DNA of 50,085 bases from Eubacteriales bacterium (GTDB lineage Bacteria > Bacillota > Clostridia > Oscillospirales > SIG627). The notes under the pieces were generated by a model, which was not told where the DNA came from, made no database searches, and saw nothing but the letters and a program-made list of their open reading frames with translations. The position numbers were made by a program, and so were the translations under genes. This document shows positions 9,125 through 18,271 of the stretch, one piece after another; the first letter of the stretch is position 1, and the number at the start of each line of letters is the position of its first letter. The stretch lies in the NCBI GenBank assembly GCA_045580105.1, contig JAZNNH010000036.1:1-50085 (forward strand), written 5' to 3'.

Positions 9125-10105
9125 GTGGCACAAAAACAAATCAAAAGAATCGGAGTTTTGACCTCCGGTGGGGACGCGCCCGGAATGAATGCCGCCATCC
9201 GTGCGGTGGTGCGCTCCGGTCTTCATCACGGGTTTGAGGTGTTTGGGATCCGTCGGGGCTATGAGGGGCTTTTGGACGGAGAAATTTCGGAATTGGACAA
9301 CCATTCCGTTTCCCATATCATCAGTCGCGGCGGCACGGTGCTTCTGACTGCCAGAAGCCGAGAGTTTTCTACTCCCGAGGGAGTGTCCAGAGGAAAAGCG
9401 ATGGCAGACATTTTCCGCTTGGATGCTTTGGTGATCATCGGAGGGGACGGATCCTTGCGCGGGGCGCTGGATTTACACCGAGCGGGTGTCCCCGTTGTGG
9501 GAATTCCGGCGACCATTGACAACGACGTTGCCTGCAGTGATTATACCATCGGGTACGACACGGCAATGAATACCGTAAAAGAGGCGATTGACCGCATCAA
9601 AGATACCGCCTATTCTCATGAGCGGTGCAGCGTGGTGGAAGTGATGGGGCGCAACGCCGGATACATTGCCCTCAACTGCGCCATTGCCGGCGGTGCGGAG
9701 GCGTGCCTGATCCCTGAGAAGAAATGTTCTGTCGACGAAAACGTGATCCAGCCGATCCTTTCCTGTCGCAACGCCGGAAAGAATCACTATATCGTCATCA
9801 ACGCAGAGGGCGTGGGCGGTACCTTGGAATTGGCAAAGCAGATTGAGAAAAAGACCGGTATCAGCACCACGATGACCATTTTGGGACATCAGCAAAGAGG
9901 AGGAAGTCCCACGGTGCGCGATCGCGTCGCAGCTTCCCTGATGGGGGTGAAAGCGACGGAGCTTTTGGCGCAAGGGATTTTTGGCAGAGTCATTGCCATA
10001 AAGGGTGAGGCGGTGGTGGATTATGAGATTCAAGAAGCGCTTTCCATGGAAAAGCACGTCGATGAAGGATTAATTCGCACGAGCGAAATTCTGTCTTTGT
10101 ATTGA
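9125..10105 (+). CDS. pfkA: ATP-dependent 6-phosphofructokinase
   Basis: LTSGGDAPGMN, GGDGS, PATIDND, EVMGR, LGHQQRGG; GTG start after AGGAGG. Confidence 0.97.
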   Translation: MAQKQIKRIGVLTSGGDAPGMNAAIRAVVRSGLHHGFEVFGIRRGYEGLLDGEISELDNHSVSHIISRGGTVLLTARSREFSTPEGVSRGKAMADIFRLDALVIIGGDGSLRGALDLHRAGVPVVGIPATIDNDVACSDYTIGYDTAMNTVKEAIDRIKDTAYSHERCSVVEVMGRNAGYIALNCAIAGGAEACLIPEKKCSVDENVIQPILSCRNAGKNHYIVINAEGVGGTLELAKQIEKKTGISTTMTILGHQQRGGSPTVRDRVAASLMGVKATELLAQGIFGRVIAIKGEAVVDYEIQEALSMEKHVDEGLIRTSEILSLY

Positions 10106-10208
10106 TCCGGTTTTCAATCGCAAACAGCAGACGGCTTTTTTTGACAAAGAAAAACCGTCTTTTTTGATTAAAAGCCGAATCTTTTAAGGAAGAGTATTGA
10201 AAAAACAC

Positions 10209-10238
10209 TTGATTTCGATTCGTTTGCTGTGATATACT
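10209..10238 (+). promoter_or_regulatory. Putative sigma-A promoter for the kinase-cps-sortase operon
   Basis: TTGATT, 18 nt spacer, TATACT with an extended TG. Confidence 0.45.
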
Positions 10239-10320
10239 ATAACCAGTACTGCTTTAACTAATTTTAACCTTTTGTAACGGCATGATGGAGAGCGACGTTA
10301 CGAAAGGGATGAGGTATGTG

Positions 10321-11433
10321 ATGTACGACGATAAGAAAATTTCTAAAATTTTGAAATGTTTCGGTGTTGATTTCGATTCGTTTGGTGTCGAAACGTTTCA
10401 TAGCGGTCATATCAATTCCACTTTCAAGGTGGATATTCGTTGCAAAGGAAAAACCGATAGCTTTGTTTTGCAGCGAATCAATACTTACGTGTTCCCGGAT
10501 CCCGTGGGAATCATGAAAAATATTGACAAGGTGACCCGTCATATCCGTAACAAGCTGATTTACCAAGGAATCGATCCGCTGGGAAAGGTACTTGACTTTT
10601 TGAAGTGCCCGGACGGCACCAACTACTATTTTGAAGACAAGGACAATTTTTGGCGCGGGTATCGCTATATCCACAATACGATCACCTATGATCAGGCGGA
10701 GGATCCGGCGGTGCTTCACAGTGCCGGATATTCGTTCGGGCAGTTTCAGGAACAGCTTTGCGACTTTCCGATGGAAGAGCTGATCGATACCATGCCCAAT
10801 TTCCACAACACCCCCGTCAGAATGAAAAACTTTTTTACTGCCTGTGAGAAGGACGTTGCCGGAAGACGCCATCGGATCGAAAAGGAAATTCAAATTCTCA
10901 AGGAAAACGAAGGACTTTGGTCCCGGCTGGAAAAAGCCAAAGAAAACGGAACTCTTCCGCTTCGCGTGACCCACAACGATACCAAATACAACAACATTCT
11001 CATTGACAAAGACAGCGGCAAAGCCGTTTGCGTCATCGATTTGGATACGGTGACCCCCGGACTTTGTGCCTACGACTTCGGAGATGCCATTCGTTTTTCT
11101 GCCAATTTTGCAGCGGAAGACGAGCCGGATACCTCCAAGGTCGGCTTGAATTTGGAACTTTACGAGGCCTTTGCCTCCGGATTTATCACCTCTTGCCGTA
11201 AGTTCTGTACGCCGGAGGAGCTGGAAAGTCTTGCGATCGGCGCGGTGACGATGGCGTTCGAGCTGTCCGCCCGCTTCTTGGAAGATTATCTGAACGGAGA
11301 TAAATATTTTAAAGTGCGTCATCCCGAGCACAATTTGGAGCGCGGCAGAAGCCAGCTTGCTCTCGCTTTGGATATGAAGGAAAAAATCGAGAAGATGCAA
11401 CAGATCAATCGCCGTTGGGCGAATGCGAAATAA
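10321..11433 (+). CDS. APH/choline kinase-like phosphotransferase, N-acetylhexosamine 1-kinase-like
   Basis: GHINSTF, LQRIN, FHNTP, HNDTKYNN, VIDLDT, YDFGDAIR, DYLNGDKYFK. Confidence 0.8.
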   Translation: MYDDKKISKILKCFGVDFDSFGVETFHSGHINSTFKVDIRCKGKTDSFVLQRINTYVFPDPVGIMKNIDKVTRHIRNKLIYQGIDPLGKVLDFLKCPDGTNYYFEDKDNFWRGYRYIHNTITYDQAEDPAVLHSAGYSFGQFQEQLCDFPMEELIDTMPNFHNTPVRMKNFFTACEKDVAGRRHRIEKEIQILKENEGLWSRLEKAKENGTLPLRVTHNDTKYNNILIDKDSGKAVCVIDLDTVTPGLCAYDFGDAIRFSANFAAEDEPDTSKVGLNLELYEAFASGFITSCRKFCTPEELESLAIGAVTMAFELSARFLEDYLNGDKYFKVRHPEHNLERGRSQLALALDMKEKIEKMQQINRRWANAK

Positions 11434-11468
11434 AAATGAAAAGTAAGGATAAAGAAAGGGACCAAACC

Positions 11469-12161
11469 GTGGAAATAACGATTAAAGATTTGCTTACGTG
11501 GGTGATGAGGGGAATTGTGCTGATTCTGGTGACAGCCATTCTCTTTGGCTCCGTTGCATTTGTTTACACCAAATATTTTGTTGCGCCGACCTATGAGGCA
11601 GAAGTGAAGTTTTACGCCAGCAGTTCTGCGGAGAACAAAAACCAGTTGCTGGCAGAGTATTACCGTTCGGTTGCTCCGCAGTACATTGAGTTTTTAAACG
11701 TAACCGAATTTTATGAGATGCTTTCCAAGAAATTGCAGGAAGAAACAGAGCAGATTTTAACACCCAAACAGATCTCTTCTTGCATTCGCTTCTCTTCCAT
11801 CATTGCGGACACCTCTTCTTTCTTCGTGTTGGTGAAAACCACAGATGCGAATTTGACCTATCAGATTGCAAAAGCGATTGCAGAATTGGCACCGGAGCGC
11901 ATCAGCAATTTCGAAAACGTGGGCGCGCTGGAGGTTTTGAGCAATCCTCGGATGCCTGTTTCTCCCTCCGGACCCAGCTTATCTCGAAACGTTCTGCTCG
12001 GTGTGATTTTGGGCTTGGTTTTGTCTGCCGGCTTTGTCATCATCAAAGAAATTACCGATAACCGCATCCGGACAGCGGAGGAGATCGGAGAATTTTTCGG
12101 TCTTCCGGTCTTTGGCAGTGTGCCTGATTTTAGTGCCAACGAAAAGAAAGGAGGCAGATGA
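11469..12161 (+). CDS. cpsC: Wzz/CpsC-type polysaccharide chain-length regulator (BY-kinase activator)
   Basis: Two TM segments, PTYEA motif, PVSP before TM2, DNRI...LPVFGSVP tail; GTG start after AAAGGGA. Confidence 0.85.
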   Translation: MEITIKDLLTWVMRGIVLILVTAILFGSVAFVYTKYFVAPTYEAEVKFYASSSAENKNQLLAEYYRSVAPQYIEFLNVTEFYEMLSKKLQEETEQILTPKQISSCIRFSSIIADTSSFFVLVKTTDANLTYQIAKAIAELAPERISNFENVGALEVLSNPRMPVSPSGPSLSRNVLLGVILGLVLSAGFVIIKEITDNRIRTAEEIGEFFGLPVFGSVPDFSANEKKGGR

Positions 12162-12967
12162 AGATGAATCAAAAGAACTATCAGACTGCTTCCGGCAATG
12201 AATTTTCTGTTTTTGCTGCAAAAGAGGCATATCGCACCATTCGTACCAATTTGATGTTTTCGTTTGCAAAAAACGGCTGTAAAACGATTTTGTTTACCAG
12301 TTCGATCCAAGGAGAGGGAAAGACAACCACCTCAGTTAACGTGGCGTTCTCTCTTGCCCGCAGCAATAAAAAAGTGCTTCTCTTAGACTTGGACCTGAGA
12401 AGGCCGCGCGTTCATCGCTTTGTGAAAAAGCCCAATTCTCCCGGTCTGACCAACTATTTGAGCGGCTTTAACAGCTTGGAGGAAGTTTGTCACACGGACG
12501 TTCTTCCCAATCTGGACGTGATCTGCGCCGGAACCATTTCTCCCAATCCTGCCGAAATCGTCGCCAGTGAGGAAACGGAAAAATTGCTCAAGAGCATGAA
12601 AAAGAAATATGATTTTATCATTTTGGATACGCCCCCTGTGACCGTGGTTTCGGATTCTCTTTCCTTGATTCCCCAAACCGACGGTGTTGTGTTGGTGATC
12701 CGTCCCAATTACACGACACGCAAAGAAGCTCGGTCCGCCATTGATCAGATTCAGTTTGTGGGCGGAAAGATCTTGGGTGCCGTTGCCAATGCGGTGAATT
12801 TGGAAAAGAAACGCGGCAAAAAAACTTACGCGCGCTACGGATACAGCCGATACGGATATGGCTCGTACGGGGCCAATCCGGAAACGGTAAAAGAAAATAC
12901 CCAATCAAAACAAAACCCGGCCTCTGAAATCGAAGAACAGAAAGAGGAATCGGAATCAACGGAATAA
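12158..12967 (+). CDS. cpsD: CpsD/CapB bacterial tyrosine kinase
   Basis: EAYRTIRTN, Walker A GEGKTT, DLDLRRP, IILDTPP, C-terminal Tyr cluster YARYGYSRYGYGSY. Confidence 0.93.
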   Translation: MKMNQKNYQTASGNEFSVFAAKEAYRTIRTNLMFSFAKNGCKTILFTSSIQGEGKTTTSVNVAFSLARSNKKVLLLDLDLRRPRVHRFVKKPNSPGLTNYLSGFNSLEEVCHTDVLPNLDVICAGTISPNPAEIVASEETEKLLKSMKKKYDFIILDTPPVTVVSDSLSLIPQTDGVVLVIRPNYTTRKEARSAIDQIQFVGGKILGAVANAVNLEKKRGKKTYARYGYSRYGYGSYGANPETVKENTQSKQNPASEIEEQKEESESTE

Positions 12968-12982
12968 GCAACGGAGTAATCA

Positions 12983-13687
12983 GTGAGAACAGATATTCAC
13001 TCGCATCTTTTGCCCGGCATCGATGACGGGGCGGCAGACCTTGCTGCCAGCCGCCGCGGCTTGTCGGCATTGACCTCGGTGGGAATTACCCATCTTGCCC
13101 TGACCCCCCATTTTTATCCCATGCACACCTCTTTTTCTCATTTTTTGGAACGGCGGGAGGGGGCTTGGCAGAAGCTTCAAACCGTGCCGGAAGCAAAGAA
13201 TTTTGTCTTTTCTCTGGGTGCCGAGGTTTATTTTACGGAAAACCTTTTTAATCATCACGACCTTTCGTCCGTTTGTTACCGCGGAACCCGTCTGATGCTC
13301 ACGGAATTGGAAACAAAGGATCATTTTACTCCGGTTATGGAGAAAAATTTGATCTGCTTGATCGAAGATTACGGCATTACCCCCGTTCTTGCCCATATTG
13401 AACGGTATCCCTTTCTGCACGACCGCGGACTTCTTTCGGAATTAAGGCGCATGGGATGTATGTTCCAGCTGAATTTGGAATGTTTTTCCTCTTTCCTGTT
13501 TCGTAAAAAATGGATTGGCTTAGCAGAAACGTATGTGCCTGTTTTTTTGGGGCAGGACGTCCATCACCTTCCACTGACAGGAAAGAAACGGGAAGCAATT
13601 TTTGACGCATGGAAAAAAAATCGCGCGACCTTTCCCGCAAAGGCCGACGATTTGGCGCTCTCTTCTATTTTTAATCAAACGAAATAA
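12983..13687 (+). CDS. cpsB: CpsB/CapC PHP-family tyrosine phosphatase
   Basis: DIHSHLLPGIDDGA, TPH, AHIERY, DVH. Confidence 0.9.
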   Translation: MRTDIHSHLLPGIDDGAADLAASRRGLSALTSVGITHLALTPHFYPMHTSFSHFLERREGAWQKLQTVPEAKNFVFSLGAEVYFTENLFNHHDLSSVCYRGTRLMLTELETKDHFTPVMEKNLICLIEDYGITPVLAHIERYPFLHDRGLLSELRRMGCMFQLNLECFSSFLFRKKWIGLAETYVPVFLGQDVHHLPLTGKKREAIFDAWKKNRATFPAKADDLALSSIFNQTK

Positions 13688-13712
13688 CCCGATAAACGGA
13701 GGTATTTTTTAT

Positions 13713-14291
13713 ATGAAAAAAGCAATTGCAATTTTGCTTGCGATGATTTTGGTGGTCGCAACCGCATCATTTTGTGTCAGTGCCAGAAATCTGACCGCAG
13801 AAGAAAAGGATCTGATCGAATTGATCAAACAGAATACCGATCTTTTGGGAGAGGAAGAGAAAAACTCTGCCACCTTGATTGCAGAGGCGGAAAACTATCT
13901 GTGTTCCCGTCCCGATCCGTTGACCCCCGAGCAGATCGCGCAAATCAAAGGTGAGATTTCTGCCGCAAGAGCAAAGGTAGATGCTGAGAAGGCAGCCAAT
14001 TCGCAGGGCTCTTCCGAAAACGCCTCCAATCAGATGTCCACGGAAACCAAAAAGGAAGTGTTGAACCACATTGAAAACGCGGCTCAGTCGGTGGGCTGTA
14101 AGACCGTTGTGGATGCCAAGGGCACGCTGATCATCAAAGATGCGAAAACGGGCGAAGTGGTTGTAACGAATAACACCAATCTGGTGAAGGTGACCGGATT
14201 CGGTTTTGAGCGCGCGGCTGTTTTGGGGCTTTGTGCGCTGACCGTGCTTTGCGCCTGTTTTGCTGTAAGCAAAAAAGGCAACCTCATTTAA
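13713..14291 (+). CDS. Secreted protein with a probable non-canonical sortase sorting signal (VKVTG)
   Basis: RBS GGAGG; signal peptide MKKAIAILLAMILVVATASFCVSA; C-terminal VKVTG + hydrophobic helix + SKKG; adjacent sortase. Confidence 0.7.
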   Translation: MKKAIAILLAMILVVATASFCVSARNLTAEEKDLIELIKQNTDLLGEEEKNSATLIAEAENYLCSRPDPLTPEQIAQIKGEISAARAKVDAEKAANSQGSSENASNQMSTETKKEVLNHIENAAQSVGCKTVVDAKGTLIIKDAKTGEVVVTNNTNLVKVTGFGFERAAVLGLCALTVLCACFAVSKKGNLI

Positions 14292-14303
14292 TCGGTGTCA
14301 GCA

Positions 14304-14981
14304 ATGAAACGTTTGCAGAAAGCGATAAAGGCAGTGGCGTTAGCAATATCGCCGCTGTTTTTGTCTTTGATCGTAACACTTATCGTTTTGGTTTTTGTGA
14401 AAACGACTCTTTCGCCTTATTTGTCGGCCGTGAATCTGTTTTTGTTTGCCGAAGAACATACCGATTCCGATCGGGAATATGAGAATATTTTCGAGGGCTT
14501 TGAAGACAAAAACGAAACCGAAAAGGTGGAAACCATCGACGGTAATACCATTGTATACCCCAAGCGCGGCGCTTTGTATGCCAAGCTTGCCATCGAAAGC
14601 GTGGGGCTTATAACCGACGTGTATTTTGATGACTCGGATGCCGCACTCTCGCGCGGCGGGGTCGGTCAAAACTATAGCAGTAAAATTCCCGGTTACGGAA
14701 AACCCATTCTCATCAGCGGCCATAACAACGGGAAATTCAATGCACTCCAGCACGTCAAGGTGGGGGACGTGGTAACCATCACCACCAACTACGGCATCTA
14801 CGAATATCAAATTCGTGAATGTGTCGTCAAGGATAAAGACGATCCCGGTGCTGTGGATTTGACCAAGGATCAAGAGGAATTGACCCTCTATACTTGCTAT
14901 CCGTTTACGATGTTGGGCTTGACCCGCCAGCGCTATTTTGTCTATGCCGACAAAATTTCCGGTCCGGTGGTGTCTTACTGA
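14304..14981 (+). CDS. Sortase, class D-like
   Basis: N-terminal TM, ISGHN, LTLYTCYPF, downstream Arg (QRYFVYA). Confidence 0.88.
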   Translation: MKRLQKAIKAVALAISPLFLSLIVTLIVLVFVKTTLSPYLSAVNLFLFAEEHTDSDREYENIFEGFEDKNETEKVETIDGNTIVYPKRGALYAKLAIESVGLITDVYFDDSDAALSRGGVGQNYSSKIPGYGKPILISGHNNGKFNALQHVKVGDVVTITTNYGIYEYQIRECVVKDKDDPGAVDLTKDQEELTLYTCYPFTMLGLTRQRYFVYADKISGPVVSY

Positions 14982-14994
14982 AAGGAGTGGCGTT

Positions 14995-15909
14995 GTGAAA
15001 CAGGAAACAATCGGAAAGAAAATACTCCGTCAGATCATCTCGTGGATCGTGGTGTTTCTGTTTTCGCTTTTGATCACGCTTGCCGCCGCCTTTTGGATGC
15101 TGGGAGATTTGGTGTCGGAAGCGTGCGTGATGAAAGTGGTGGACGAAATCGGCTATGAAGAGCTGGTTCGGGAAAATATCCAAGAGTCCTTCGAAAGCTT
15201 GTGTGAAACCAGTGGCGTTCCCGCGTCGTTGACAACGGCGTTTTTAGAGGAAGAAGTGACGCGAGAGGACATTCTTCTGCCTATTTTGCAGATGTTCACA
15301 CAAGAAACCTTGGAACCGGATACCGAAACGTGGAAAGAGGCGTTCTCTGCTCGTGTGGAACATTACGCACAGGGCCTGCGAGAATCGGGTGAACTTTCCG
15401 TTTCCGATGAAGATTGGGAAGCGATGAAAGCCGGTTTTCCGGAAATGGCAAATTATTTTGTAAAAGAAGTTCGCGCCTCGATTCGCTTAAGCGGTCTGTT
15501 CGCGCCCTTGGGCTCGGCTTTTTCCGTGGTTGCAGCCCTTTCCCCGTATCTGACGTGGGGAAGTATTGTCGGCGCTGCTTTTTGTGCGCTTCTGTTGCTT
15601 TTGATTTGGAAAAAGCGGGTGTGGTATTTTGCCTACGTGGGCATGACGGCATCCGGCATTTTGTTCCTTTTGCCCGCCTTGCTTTACCGCGCTCAAAATT
15701 ACGTGTCGCGTTTGGGAATCCAGCCGATCTACTTGAAACGCTTTTTGAGCGGGATCGTGGATCTCTTGGCACAGCGCTTTTTGCAAACCGGTACAATTTT
15801 CCTTGTCGTCGGCGCCGTTTTCGGGATTTTGGTGATCGTGCTGTCCTTGACGGGAGGAAAAAAGAAATCGGAAGCAAACTTGGAACAGAAAAAGGAGCAA
15901 GTATTATGA
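14995..15909 (+). CDS. Hypothetical membrane protein (1 N-terminal TM, extracellular helical domain, about 3 C-terminal TMs)
   Basis: GTG after AAAGGAG; hydrophobic segments; overlaps the next gene. Confidence 0.75.
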   Translation: MKQETIGKKILRQIISWIVVFLFSLLITLAAAFWMLGDLVSEACVMKVVDEIGYEELVRENIQESFESLCETSGVPASLTTAFLEEEVTREDILLPILQMFTQETLEPDTETWKEAFSARVEHYAQGLRESGELSVSDEDWEAMKAGFPEMANYFVKEVRASIRLSGLFAPLGSAFSVVAALSPYLTWGSIVGAAFCALLLLLIWKKRVWYFAYVGMTASGILFLLPALLYRAQNYVSRLGIQPIYLKRFLSGIVDLLAQRFLQTGTIFLVVGAVFGILVIVLSLTGGKKKSEANLEQKKEQVL

Positions 15910-16409
15910 TTCGTAGTTTTAAAGGAAAGATGCCTCGCGTGGCAGAGGGCGTTTTTTTGGCGGAAAACAGCACCGTGATCGGTGACGTGGAGCTGTCAGA
16001 GGGTGCCAATATTTGGTATGGCACCGTGCTTCGTGCAGACGAGGGCCCCATTGTGATCGGGAAAAACACCAACGTGCAGGATAACGCGACCGTCCATACG
16101 ACCAGTCAATTTCCCGTTGTGCTGGGGGACAACATCACCGTCGGTCATAATGCGGTCGTTCACGGATGCGTTGTCGGCGACGGTACGATGATCGGTATGG
16201 GCGCGGTGGTGCTCAACGGCGCGAAAATCGGAAAAAACTGTCTGATCGCCGCAGGCGCTCTGATCAAGGAGGGCGCGGAAATTCCCGACGGCTCTCTTTG
16301 CGTCGGCGTTCCGGCAAAGGTGATTCGCCAGATCGATGAGGAAACCAAAAAGGGAATTCTTGCCAACGCCGAAATGTACGTTTCGCTGGCAAAAGAGCAT
16401 CAGAGCTGA
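15906..16409 (+). CDS. Gamma carbonic anhydrase family (hexapeptide repeat) protein
   Basis: VIGDV, IWYGTVLRAD, NVQDNATVH, TVGHNAVVHGC, GVPAK. Confidence 0.92.
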   Translation: MIRSFKGKMPRVAEGVFLAENSTVIGDVELSEGANIWYGTVLRADEGPIVIGKNTNVQDNATVHTTSQFPVVLGDNITVGHNAVVHGCVVGDGTMIGMGAVVLNGAKIGKNCLIAAGALIKEGAEIPDGSLCVGVPAKVIRQIDEETKKGILANAEMYVSLAKEHQS

Positions 16410-17221
16410 TGCTGCAATGTCCCATTTGCACCCTCGCACTGAAAGAGGAAGAAAAACGCTGCTTTTGTGAAAACGGACACTCCTTTGATCGGGCAAGGCA
16501 GGGGCATCTGAATTTGTTGATGGATTCTTCTCACCACGGTCACGGGGATGATCGGAAGATGCTTTCCGCCCGTCGGGCATTTTTGGATGCCGGTCATTAC
16601 CAAATGCTGTCGGATCGCATTTGCAAGATTCTTTGCGAGCGCTTTCCGTTCGAGGGCGTTCTTTTGGACGCGGGCTGCGGAGAAGGGTATTATACCAAGG
16701 CGATGTTCGATGCGCTGTCTGCGAGCGAGAAGCGGGCAGAGCTTTACGCATTTGATATTGCCAAAGACGCGGCACGGCTCACGTCCTCGCGCCTTTGCAA
16801 AAAAGGACACGTTTTTGTTGCCAGCACCTTTCACATTCCTATGTTCTCCGAGTGCGTGGATTTTGTAACCTCGCTCTTTGCTCCGTATTCGGAAGAGGAA
16901 TTTTTGCGCATTCTCAAGCCGGGCGCTCATTTGCTGCGCGCCGTGCCGCTGGAACATCATTTGTATGAATTGAAATGTGCGATCTATGACGAACCGAAAA
17001 AGAACGAAACTGCCGCTCAGATCGGGCCGGGCTTTCGGCTTTGCGGGGAAGAGCGGATTTCCGGAACGATTTTTTTGTCTTCGGGGGAAGAGATTCGCGC
17101 GCTTTTTGAAATGACCCCTTATGCACATAAGACGGCAAAAGAGGATATCGAAAAATTGGCGTTCTTGCAGACGCTGGAAACGCAAGTGGATTTCGGTATT
17201 TTGCTGTATGAAAAGCTCTGA
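16409..17221 (+). CDS. rlmA: 23S rRNA m1G methyltransferase, RlmA-like
   Basis: Zn finger CPIC...CENGHSFD, ARRAFL, LDAGCGEGYY, MTPY. Confidence 0.85.
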   Translation: MLQCPICTLALKEEEKRCFCENGHSFDRARQGHLNLLMDSSHHGHGDDRKMLSARRAFLDAGHYQMLSDRICKILCERFPFEGVLLDAGCGEGYYTKAMFDALSASEKRAELYAFDIAKDAARLTSSRLCKKGHVFVASTFHIPMFSECVDFVTSLFAPYSEEEFLRILKPGAHLLRAVPLEHHLYELKCAIYDEPKKNETAAQIGPGFRLCGEERISGTIFLSSGEEIRALFEMTPYAHKTAKEDIEKLAFLQTLETQVDFGILLYEKL

Positions 17222-17243
17222 CGGGAAAGAGCGAAGAAAACCC

Positions 17244-17272
17244 TTGCAAACAGCTCCGTTTTGGGCTATACT
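17244..17272 (+). promoter_or_regulatory. Putative sigma-A promoter of the LCP gene
   Basis: TTGCAA, 17 nt spacer, TATACT. Confidence 0.55.
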
Positions 17273-17296
17273 ATAAAAAATAAAGGAGGAGGGAAT

Positions 17297-18223
17297 ATGC
17301 GCAGATCCATCCGTGATTATCTTGTGACGCTTTGTCTTGGCATTTTCATCTTTACTGTGGTTGCGTTCTTTTTGATCCGTGCCGCAGAGGGACTGATGGT
17401 GGACGTTGTGGATAAAATCGGTTCCGAGGGACAAACTCAGACCGAAGAAGTACCGGAAACGCAGGTTCCGGATCAGCCCGTCAATTCCGAAGTGTTGCCG
17501 GAAGCGAAAGAGGACCAAATGGTAACGTTTCTGGTGATGGGACTTGATTTGGATGAAAAGAAGGCGGATTCTATCTTTCTTGTCGGTATCAACGCCACCA
17601 AAAAGAAAGCTACCGTTTCTCTGATCCCCTCCAACACCGTCGTGCCGGAAGGAACGAGAAAAGACAAATTGGGCGAATTGTATTCTTCTCGCAGCATCAA
17701 TTTCTATAAGGAATTTGTGAAAGAAGAAACGGGGATCGATCCCGATTACTATATGGTTTTCACCCAATCCGGTATTTCCAATCTGGTCGATTTTATAGGC
17801 GGGATTTCCTGTAAGGTCCCGGAAAATATGCAGTATATGGATTCCGAGCGGAATTTCAAGATTGACCTTGCCGCCGGAAAACAGACCTTGTCCGGTGACA
17901 AAGCCATCCAGCTTTTGAACTATTACGGCTATCAAAACAAAGAAGATCAGAAGCGAGAGGTTCATCTTGCTTTCGCCAATGCCTTCTGCTCTTCGTTCTT
18001 GGTTCCGGACAACTTCAGCCGCTTTGAAGCGATTCTGTATAACATCCGCTATCATATGAAGACCGACTTTGAAGAAGAAGATCTAAAAAAATGGAACGAA
18101 ACGATCTTCAATTTCGGCACGTACGCTCAGGATTATGTATGTATTCCGGGTGCTCCCACGGGCGATGTGTATTATGCCATCAGCACGTCCAGAGCAACGA
18201 GTTTGTTTGAAAATTATCAGTAA
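17297..18223 (+). CDS. LytR-CpsA-Psr (LCP) family protein, degenerate active site
   Basis: N-terminal TM; FLVMGLD, ADSIFLV, SLIPSNT, LVDFIGGI, GKQTLSGDKA; conserved Arg residues missing. Confidence 0.8.
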   Translation: MRRSIRDYLVTLCLGIFIFTVVAFFLIRAAEGLMVDVVDKIGSEGQTQTEEVPETQVPDQPVNSEVLPEAKEDQMVTFLVMGLDLDEKKADSIFLVGINATKKKATVSLIPSNTVVPEGTRKDKLGELYSSRSINFYKEFVKEETGIDPDYYMVFTQSGISNLVDFIGGISCKVPENMQYMDSERNFKIDLAAGKQTLSGDKAIQLLNYYGYQNKEDQKREVHLAFANAFCSSFLVPDNFSRFEAILYNIRYHMKTDFEEEDLKKWNETIFNFGTYAQDYVCIPGAPTGDVYYAISTSRATSLFENYQ

Positions 18224-18248
18224 AAAGGAGGCGAAAACCTCCTTTTTG
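18223..18248 (+). terminator. Intrinsic terminator hairpin
   Basis: AAAAAGGAGG-cgaaaa-CCTCCTTTTT. Confidence 0.55.
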
Positions 18249-18271
18249 TTTTCTGAAAAGGTGAGAAATAT

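Noticed and set aside
10264-11400. 378 aa minus-strand ORF
   Set aside because: Antisense to the motif-supported kinase gene.
10321-11433. Aminoglycoside resistance gene
   Set aside because: The motifs (GHIN, HNDTK, DLDT) fit the HexNAc-kinase-like subfamily rather than true APH enzymes; core-like composition and operon context.
16400-18055. 551 aa minus-strand ORF
   Set aside because: Lies opposite rlmA and the LCP gene, both well supported; no domain signal.
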